The notes under the pieces were generated by a model, which was not told where the DNA came from, did not search any database, and saw only the letters and a program-made list of their open reading frames with translations. This document shows positions 13,740 through 19,276 of a stretch of 19,276 bases of DNA, in pieces. The stretch comes from a virus (lineage: Duplodnaviria > Heunggongvirae > Uroviricota > Caudoviricetes), in IMG/VR virus record IMGVR_UViG_2617270963_000006. One strand, given 5' to 3'. The translations under genes were made by a program, and so were the position numbers. Position 1 is the stretch's first letter; every line of letters begins with the position of its first letter.

Positions 13740-14150
13740 ATGAACCAGACTATCTTCCTCCGAAGTAAGCAGCAGCAACAATTTGCCATTAACGCCATCC
13801 TTGCAACAACTCTCGATAAAGACAAACCCGTTACGATCCGCATCACCGATTACAAGCGGAATCTCGATCAAAATGCCAAATTTCACGCGATGGTCGCTGA
13901 TATCTCCCGACAGGTTCAGTGGTGCGGCAGATGGCTAAAACCAGAACAGTGGAAAGTTTTGTTAATCAGCGGACATGCCGTGGCTACAAAACAGGAAGCT
14001 GATGTTTTGCCAGGTCTTGAAGGTGAATACGTCAATATCCGCGAAAGCAGTGCGCAGATGAGCGTGAAGCGTATGGCAAGCCTGATTGAGTACACAACTT
14101 CCTGGGCTGTGGAGCAGGGTGTCAGATTTACCGACAGGAGGTATGAATGA
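13740..14150 (+). CDS. ninB: NinB (Orf-family recombination mediator), 136 aa
   Basis: Translation resembles lambda NinB, including the conserved block [27 protein letters not shown]. Confidence 0.85.
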   Translation: MNQTIFLRSKQQQQFAINAILATTLDKDKPVTIRITDYKRNLDQNAKFHAMVADISRQVQWCGRWLKPEQWKVLLISGHAVATKQEADVLPGLEGEYVNIRESSAQMSVKRMASLIEYTTSWAVEQGVRFTDRRYE

Positions 14151-14338
14151 GACGACAGCGACGAAGCATTACCGATATAGTCTGTGAAAACTGCAATTAC
14201 CTTCCAACGAAACGCTCCCGAAATAAACCCAGGCCAATCCCCAACGAATCTGATGTAAAAACCTTCAATTATACGTCTCACCTGTGGGATGTCCGGTGGC
14301 TCAGACGTCGTGCAAGATTTAATAGTCACTCCGGATAG
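14147..14338 (+). CDS. ninE: NinE-like small protein (63 aa)
   Basis: Start overlaps the ninB stop (ATGA). Basic Cys-containing peptide ([27 protein letters not shown]...) at the ninE position upstream of ybcO; family assignment from memory. Confidence 0.5.
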   Translation: MRRQRRSITDIVCENCNYLPTKRSRNKPRPIPNESDVKTFNYTSHLWDVRWLRRRARFNSHSG

Positions 14339-14358
14339 TTCAATGTACGAGGAATAAG

Positions 14359-14652
14359 ATGATGGCAAACCTACGCAAAGAAGCGCGTGGCAGAGAATGT
14401 CAGGTACGGATTTACGGCGTATGCAATGGCAATCCTGAAACTACAGTTTTGGCGCATTACCGAATAGCTGGAATTTGCGGAACGGGAATGAAGCCAGATG
14501 ACCTGTTGGCTGCATGGGCCTGTAGTGACTGCCATAATGAAATCGATCGCCGTACTCGCATTCTCGACAACAACGACGCCAGACTTTACCACCTGGAAGG
14601 CGTGATCAGGACGCAGGCGATATTGCTGAAGGAGGGGAAGATTAAGTCATGA
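14359..14652 (+). CDS. ybcO: YbcO-like (DUF1364) putative nuclease, 97 aa
   Basis: Conserved Cys/His pattern (CQVRIYGVCNGNPETTVLAH ... CSDCHNEIDRR) as in DLP12 YbcO; GAGGA RBS. Confidence 0.8.
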   Translation: MMANLRKEARGRECQVRIYGVCNGNPETTVLAHYRIAGICGTGMKPDDLLAAWACSDCHNEIDRRTRILDNNDARLYHLEGVIRTQAILLKEGKIKS

Positions 14653-15011
14653 ATGAATATGAGTTTGTGCTTCCCTGGCCGCCGACGGTGAATACCTACT
14701 GGCGAAGACGGGGAAGCCAGTACTACATCAGCGATAAAGGCCAGAAATACCGAAAAGACGTACAGCAAATCATCCGGCAACTCAGATTAGACATTTTCAC
14801 TAAATCACGACTTCGCATCACAATTATTGCTGAACCACCAGACTCCCGCCGTCGCGACCTCGATAACATCCTGAAAGGTTTACTCGACTCTCTTATCCAC
14901 GCCGGATTTGCGGAAGACGACGAGCAATTCGATGACATTCGCGTAATTCGCGGCGTGAAAGTGCCTGGCGGTAGAGTGGGGATAAAAATCACCGAACTGG
15001 AGAACATTTGA
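14649..15011 (+). CDS. rusA: RusA Holliday-junction resolvase, 120 aa
   Basis: LPWPPTVNTYW ... RRRDLDN motifs; start overlaps the ybcO stop (ATGA). Confidence 0.9.
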   Translation: MNEYEFVLPWPPTVNTYWRRRGSQYYISDKGQKYRKDVQQIIRQLRLDIFTKSRLRITIIAEPPDSRRRDLDNILKGLLDSLIHAGFAEDDEQFDDIRVIRGVKVPGGRVGIKITELENI

Positions 15012-15205
15012 TGAATGCTAAAATTCAAACGATACCTGAATTACTGATCTGCACCAGGGGAAATCAGACAGAAGTCGCCAGAATACCGAACTGCAATCGT
15101 GCTACAGTCAGAAAATACATTGATGATAAAGATGCGAAAAAGCACGCCGTCGTCAATGGCGTCCTTATGGTTCATCGCGGATGGGGTAAAGATACTGATG
15201 CGTGA
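15011..15205 (+). CDS. small putative DNA-binding (HTH-like) protein, 64 aa
   Basis: ATG at 15011 with GGAG 8 nt upstream; HTH-like segment [20 protein letters not shown]; its 3' end overlaps the Q start by 8 nt. Confidence 0.45.
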   Translation: MNAKIQTIPELLICTRGNQTEVARIPNCNRATVRKYIDDKDAKKHAVVNGVLMVHRGWGKDTDA

Positions 15206-15578
15206 TATCCGGCAGGTTCTTGAGCGCTGGGGGGCATGGGCGGTAAATAACTATGAGGATGTTACATGGTCGCCCATTGCTGCCGGATTTAAGGGACTGA
15301 TCCCCGAAAAAGTAAAATCACGTCCACAGTGCTGTGACGATGATGCGATGGTGATATGCGGGTGCATAGCCCGCCTTTACCGGAACAATCGCGATCTGCA
15401 TGACTTGCTGGTTGATTACTACGTGTTGGGGGAGACGTTCATGGCGCTGGCACGTAAGCATGGATGCTCTGATGGAACTATCGGTAAAAAATTACAGAAA
15501 GCGGAGGGCGTGGTTGAAGGGATGTTAATGTTACTTGGTGTCAGACTGGAAATGGACCGATATGCGCAACGCCTCTGA
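15198..15578 (+). CDS. Q: late-gene antiterminator Q (QuuD/phage-82-type), 126 aa
   Basis: [25 protein letters not shown] ... [14 protein letters not shown] motif resembles Q antiterminators of DLP12/phage-82 type; position after rusA. Confidence 0.75.
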   Translation: MRDIRQVLERWGAWAVNNYEDVTWSPIAAGFKGLIPEKVKSRPQCCDDDAMVICGCIARLYRNNRDLHDLLVDYYVLGETFMALARKHGCSDGTIGKKLQKAEGVVEGMLMLLGVRLEMDRYAQRL

Positions 15579-15709
15579 CAGGAGGCGTTTGCCGTTCACT
15601 ATGTGAAGTGTGTCAATTTGTGAGCGTTATGCTGTTTACTTTATAGTACAGGGACGTAAGAGTTATCTACCTGTTAATAACATATATACAACAATGAACA
15701 GGGGGCAAA
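15579..15709 (+). promoter_or_regulatory. candidate late promoter (PR'-like) / Q-utilisation region
   Basis: Location immediately downstream of Q; plausible sigma70 elements TTGTGA-N18-TATAGT near 15626-15656; no hairpin terminator before the next ORF. Confidence 0.3.
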
Positions 15710-16369
15710 ATGGACATTGAAGATTTTCTGGAGGCGGAAGACAATGATCTGTCTCTGTGGAATGATGATATTTTAAGCATTGACTGGTTCGTTATCCTCA
15801 AAGAGCTTTTGAAATACCAGAACAGGTTAAAGTTAAACTATTCAGAATTACTTCTGCTGGCTAATTTTGTTTCATTTCACCAGGACGTAGATTCGCAAAC
15901 ATTACCATCAATATCTCTTTTTGCCACCAGAATGCGTGCATCTCGTGCCATTATAGAAGAAGGCTTTCAACGCCTGGAGGAGAAAGGGATGTTGCAGAAG
16001 ATAAGTTATGCTCAAATCGGTCATGATTATGATTTGCGGAACGTTTATGACATCAAGCCATTAATTCGTAAGTTAATTGAGGTGCTGAAAACCGAGTATG
16101 ATAAAAAGCACACTTGCCCCCTCTGCGGCAAAATAGCTGTCTCTGATGAGGAAATTGAGAAAAAATTCGGATTCAGAATTTGCGGGAATAAGAAAAGGCC
16201 GCAAAGCTGGTGCCGTTCATGCAGAAGCACGAAACAACGCAGACTGAATTCATCGCTAATTGGCAAAAAAAGCCCCGAAAATCTCCGCCCGAGGTGGTGT
16301 GAAGCGTCGCGGAACCCCGGATTCCACTCACGATTGAACGAGGTGCTAAAAAGTATTTTACGTACGTAA
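15710..16369 (+). CDS. hypothetical protein, 219 aa: N-terminal winged-helix-like DNA-binding region, central CxxC...CxxC zinc ribbon, basic C-terminus; AT-rich insert gene
   Basis: ORF track; AGGGGG RBS; visibly AT-rich versus flanking phage genes (by eye, not computed); intrinsic terminator 50 nt downstream. Confidence 0.6.
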   Translation: MDIEDFLEAEDNDLSLWNDDILSIDWFVILKELLKYQNRLKLNYSELLLLANFVSFHQDVDSQTLPSISLFATRMRASRAIIEEGFQRLEEKGMLQKISYAQIGHDYDLRNVYDIKPLIRKLIEVLKTEYDKKHTCPLCGKIAVSDEEIEKKFGFRICGNKKRPQSWCRSCRSTKQRRLNSSLIGKKSPENLRPRWCEASRNPGFHSRLNEVLKSILRT

Positions 16370-16416
16370 AAATCTGCATATCATGATAAGAGTGGTTACA
16401 TTGCCACGCTGCTTAA

Positions 16417-16439
16417 CCCGCCGATGCGCGGGTTTTTTT
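16417..16439 (+). terminator. rho-independent terminator after the 219-aa gene
   Basis: CCCGC-CGATGC-GCGGG followed by TTTTTTT. Confidence 0.7.
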
Positions 16440-16619
16440 GTACCCAGAATCCTGTGAGCTATACGGAAAGTACACAGAAAGGAAGGTACGACCGCAATTA
16501 ATAACAAAATCTTAAAAATCTCATATGGCACTATTAGTTTTCTAAATATTGTATATTTTAAGTATTGCAGGATAACCCTGTAACGAAGTTTGCGTAACAG
16601 CATTTTGCTCTACGAGTTT

Positions 16620-16649
16620 GCCAGCCTCCCCTGGTGGCTGGCTTTTTTT
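16620..16649 (+). terminator. rho-independent terminator
   Basis: GCCAGCC-TCCCCTGGT-GGCTGGC followed by TTTTTTT. Confidence 0.7.
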
Positions 16650-16885
16650 GTATCCGTTCAACGGGAATGTTACATACCTCACAATTAAGTCAGTTGAATG
16701 TTGTCTGCCCGGATGAGAATTTGTTAGAAAAAACTGCATGGTGAATCCCCCTGAGCGGAGGGGCGACTGGTGACGGTATAATCTCTGATTATCAAAACGA
16801 GAATGACGCGGGTTTAGTGGCACCGGGCTGAACTCACCGGGAGGCACCCGGCACCATGCAATGGCACATAGCGCCACTCTCCAGC

Positions 16886-16940
16886 CCCTCTCCGGAGGGG
16901 CTTTCTTATGGACAAAAAAGCCCGCGCTGGGAGACGCGGG
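16886..16940. terminator. back-to-back hairpins: plus-strand CCCCTC-TCCG-GAGGGG then T-rich; minus-strand terminator (A-run, then GCCCGCG-CTGGGAGA-CGCGGGC)
   Basis: Read directly from the sequence; orientation of function uncertain. Confidence 0.4.
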
Positions 16941-17038
16941 CGGCAAGGAATAAACAATGAAACGTGAAGTAATATTTCAGCTGGCGAATAATACCCCATA
17001 GTAATCACTCTGCGCAACTGCGCGACCTTTTTCGAATT

Positions 17039-17095
17039 GCGGGCTGTAGTCTCCCTTCTGCCATTGTCCTGTAACTTCCGGACTTCAGCCCGCTC
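17039..17095 (+). promoter_or_regulatory. 13-bp stem (one mismatch) with a 28-nt loop and T-rich 3' flank, 40 nt upstream of the nanS-p-like start; candidate terminator/attenuator
   Basis: GCGGGCTGTAGTC (17039-17051) pairs with GACTTCAGCCCGC (17080-17092). Confidence 0.4.
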
Positions 17096-17134
17096 CTTAT
17101 TTTACTCACAATATTATCCCGGCCGGGAGGATTC

Positions 17135-18907
17135 ATGGCATTTAAACACTATGATGTTGTCAGGGCGGCGTCGCCGTCAGACCTTGCGAAACGAATAACT
17201 CAAAAACTGAAGGAAGGGGGGCAGCCTTATGGTAGTGCGCTGATTTCGACAGCTGGTTATGGTGCGGAGTTCATCCAGCCAGTTGTGAGTGAGGGGAGCA
17301 TCTCATCACCAGAGGAGCCAGGCAACCGTCCGACGACCTCAGCGCCTTCTGTTGCGCCAGAATATTACTATGTGATCGCGCTTGCTGGTCAGTCCAATGG
17401 TATGTCATACGGTGAGGGACTGCCATTACCGGATACATTCGACAGCCCTGATCCACGTATTAAACAGTTAGCGCGTCGCAGTACGGTGACACCGGGCGGT
17501 GCAGCATGCAAATATAACGACATCATTCCGGCGGACCATTGTCTGCATGATGTGCAGGACATGAGCCGTCTTAACCATCCGAAAGCGGACCTGTCAAAGG
17601 GGCAGTACGGAACCGTGGGGCAGGGGCTGCATATCGCCAAAAAACTGCTGCCGTTTATACCGGCGAATGCGGGCATTCTGCTGGTTCCGTGCTGTCGTGG
17701 GGGTTCAGCGTTCACCACCGGAGCTGATGGCACATACAGTGACGCGAGTGGCGCCTCGGAGAATTCACCCCGCTGGGGTGTGGAAAAGCCGCTGTATAAG
17801 GACCTTATCGGTCGAACAAAAGCGGCACTGGAGAAGAACCCGAAAAATGTGCTGTTTGCCGTGGTGTGGATGCAGGGGGAATTTGATTTTGGCGGTACGC
17901 CGGCAAATCATGCCGCACAGTTTGGTGCGCTGGTTGATAAATTCCGTGCAGACCTGGCGGATATGGCAGGCCAGTGCGTCGGTGGCTCTGCTGGCGGTGT
18001 TCCCTGGATATGCGGGGACACGACGTATTTCTGGAAGCAGAAGAACGAATCCACGTACCAGACGGTGTACGGCAGCTATAAAAATAAAACGGAAAAGAAT
18101 ATCCATTTCGTACCGTTCATGACCGATGAGAACGGGGTGAATGTGCCGACGAACAAACCGGAAGAAGACCCGGACATTCCGGGTATCGGTTATTACGGTT
18201 CGAAATGGCGTGACAGCTCAGCCACCTGGACGTCACAGGACAGGGCGAGCCATTTCAGTTCATGGGCTCGCCGTGGGATTATTTCCGACCGTCTGGCAAC
18301 GGCGATTCTGAGCTGCGCGGGTAAGTCTTCTGCGTTTGTTAATGGTACTGCCGGGGTGGTTGTTCCAGACAGACCGGTTACCACCTCAGAGTCTGTAATT
18401 TTTTACGATGCCAAAAAAGCTACAGACAATCAGCTGAAACCCTATGGCTGGGACGGTGTGTATGGCAGGGGCACACTGGTTGATGACAGCGGCAATAAAG
18501 CTCTGCGAATTGAGAAAAATAACAGCGCGAAATCCTGGTCAATGTACTGTGATATTGCTGCAGACAAGGCAAAACTTTTACTGGAAAAAGGCGGGGAAAT
18601 TGCTGTCCGGTTTAAAATCCCCGAAAACGTCAATCTTGAGACAACCAGAAACAAGTATGCCTTTGGTTTGTACTGGCGAATAGCGGAATGGCCGGGTGAG
18701 GGTGGTGAAGGCCATCTGAGTTCTTTCTTTGTCCAGACAGATAAAGCCAGTATTAATGTTGCATACCATCATACAGTTAATCAACAAAAAGAACTTGGCA
18801 CGTTTGGCGCATTCGACCATGACTGGCATACGCTTGCATTTAAATTTAAGGGCAGTAACAGCATTAATGAACCGCCCCGGGTTTCCTGGAGAGTGTTTTA
18901 TCTGTGA
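17135..18907 (+). CDS. nanS: NanS-p-type prophage esterase (DUF1737 N-terminus plus SGNH/SASA sialate O-acetylesterase domain), C-terminally truncated and fused to IS sequence
   Basis: N-terminus MAFKHYDVVRAASPSDLAKRITQKLKEGGQPYG and the GQSNG motif (IALAGQSNGMSYG) are characteristic of NanS-p encoded downstream of Q/stx in lambdoid prophages. The frame enters the IS at 18868, so the last 12 codons are IS-derived. Confidence 0.75.
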   Translation: MAFKHYDVVRAASPSDLAKRITQKLKEGGQPYGSALISTAGYGAEFIQPVVSEGSISSPEEPGNRPTTSAPSVAPEYYYVIALAGQSNGMSYGEGLPLPDTFDSPDPRIKQLARRSTVTPGGAACKYNDIIPADHCLHDVQDMSRLNHPKADLSKGQYGTVGQGLHIAKKLLPFIPANAGILLVPCCRGGSAFTTGADGTYSDASGASENSPRWGVEKPLYKDLIGRTKAALEKNPKNVLFAVVWMQGEFDFGGTPANHAAQFGALVDKFRADLADMAGQCVGGSAGGVPWICGDTTYFWKQKNESTYQTVYGSYKNKTEKNIHFVPFMTDENGVNVPTNKPEEDPDIPGIGYYGSKWRDSSATWTSQDRASHFSSWARRGIISDRLATAILSCAGKSSAFVNGTAGVVVPDRPVTTSESVIFYDAKKATDNQLKPYGWDGVYGRGTLVDDSGNKALRIEKNNSAKSWSMYCDIAADKAKLLLEKGGEIAVRFKIPENVNLETTRNKYAFGLYWRIAEWPGEGGEGHLSSFFVQTDKASINVAYHHTVNQQKELGTFGAFDHDWHTLAFKFKGSNSINEPPRVSWRVFYL

Positions 18908-19276
18908 ACTCAGGCTGCCAGATCATCGTTTCCGATGGAAGCATAATAAGCTTTTTCTGCTTCTGCCGGAGGAGTATGGCCCAGCCTTTCCAGCAATCGT
19001 CGATTGTTATACCAGTCCACCCACGTGAGTGTGGCCAGTTCCACTTCTGCACGGTTTTTCCAGCTCTTACGGTGTATTACCTCCGCTTTGTAAAGACCAT
19101 TGATGCTCTCCGCCATCGCGTTGTCATACGAGTCGCCTGTACTTCCTGTTGATGCCAGTAATCCGGCTTCCTTAAGCCGCTGTGTGTAGGCCAGCGATAC
19201 ATACTGAGAACCTTTATCACTGTGATGGACCGTGCCGGACGGTCGACGGGCCCATAACGCCTGCTCCAGTGCATCC
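18868..19276 (-). mobile_element. IS3-family insertion sequence, IS629/IS1203-like, copy B (partial; body continues right of window). Terminal inverted repeat begins at 18868.
   Basis: Plus strand from 18868 reads TGAACCGCCCCGGGTTTCCTGGAGAG, matching the copy A terminus over the first 14 nt and 9 of the next 11. Transposase OrfB lies on the minus strand. Confidence 0.8.
18910..19276 (-). CDS. IS3-family transposase OrfB, C-terminal 121 codons (DDE catalytic region); 5' part outside window
   Basis: Minus-strand translation is an open frame from the window edge: DALEQALWARRPSGTVHHSDKGSQYVSLAYTQRLKEAGLLASTGSTGDSYDNAMAESINGLYKAEVIHRKSW...GHTPPAEAEKAYYASIGNDDLAA. Confidence 0.85.
   Translation of the reverse strand, partial: DALEQALWARRPSGTVHHSDKGSQYVSLAYTQRLKEAGLLASTGSTGDSYDNAMAESINGLYKAEVIHRKSWKNRAEVELATLTWVDWYNNRRLLERLGHTPPAEAEKAYYASIGNDDLAA

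Noticed and set aside
13916-14368. 150-aa minus-strand ORF
   Set aside because: Antisense to ninB and the ninE-like gene, both supported by homology and translational coupling.
14723-15028. 101-aa minus-strand ORF
   Set aside because: Antisense to rusA.
16358-16946. Minus-strand ORFs 16358-16603 and 16542-16946 in the Q-to-nanS-p region
   Set aside because: Low-complexity translations that run through intrinsic terminators and AT-rich non-coding DNA; no RBS.
15579-17134. tRNA genes and stx toxin genes between Q and nanS-p, as in Stx-converting phages
   Set aside because: No T-loop (GGTTCGAATCC-like) motif or cloverleaf found, and no ORFs resembling Stx A or B subunits; the slot holds a different gene.
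17271-18829. ORFs on both strands within the nanS-p-like gene (e.g. 17389-17733, 17667-18122, 17765-18106, 18578-18829)
   Set aside because: Nested in or antisense to the 590-aa ORF, which has a recognisable esterase motif.
18729-19152. Plus-strand ORFs 18729-19028 and 18904-19152 across the IS boundary
   Set aside because: Antisense to the IS transposase OrfB frame, which is open to the window edge and has a transposase-like translation.

Overview
This window is an ~18.5-kb segment of a lambdoid (lambda-like) enterobacterial prophage, bounded at both window edges by partial copies of an IS3-family insertion sequence (IS629/IS1203-like). Both copies lie on the minus strand and share the terminal repeat TGAACCGCCCCGGG. 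Left to right: (1) the early-left operon on the minus strand, with an N-like antiterminator, several small unknown genes and a 478-aa acidic protein whose frame stops on the first three bases of the IS; (2) the immunity region, with a cI-type repressor, divergent cro-like gene, nutL/nutR and a cII homologue; (3) a replication module with three ~58-bp iteron-like repeats, an initiator with a DnaT-like C-terminus and a DnaC-like loader; (4) an accessory block with three unrelated toxin-antitoxin modules (hok/sok, Doc-family, RelE/HigB-like) and two tiny membrane-peptide ORFs; (5) an antirepressor-like gene behind a structured leader with a candidate sRNA; (6) nin-region genes (ninB, ninE-like, ybcO-like, rusA) and antiterminator Q; (7) directly downstream of Q, where Stx phages carry stx, an AT-rich insert encoding a 219-aa winged-helix plus zinc-ribbon protein, then a terminator-rich non-coding stretch; (8) a NanS-p-type esterase gene that runs into the second IS copy. 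No rRNA, tRNA, CRISPR or stx genes were found. The best candidates for something undescribed are the Q-proximal insert, the toxin-antitoxin island and the structured leader with its candidate sRNA. All calls come from reading the sequence and the ORF track plus recalled family knowledge; no database search or folding was run, and GC differences are judged by eye.
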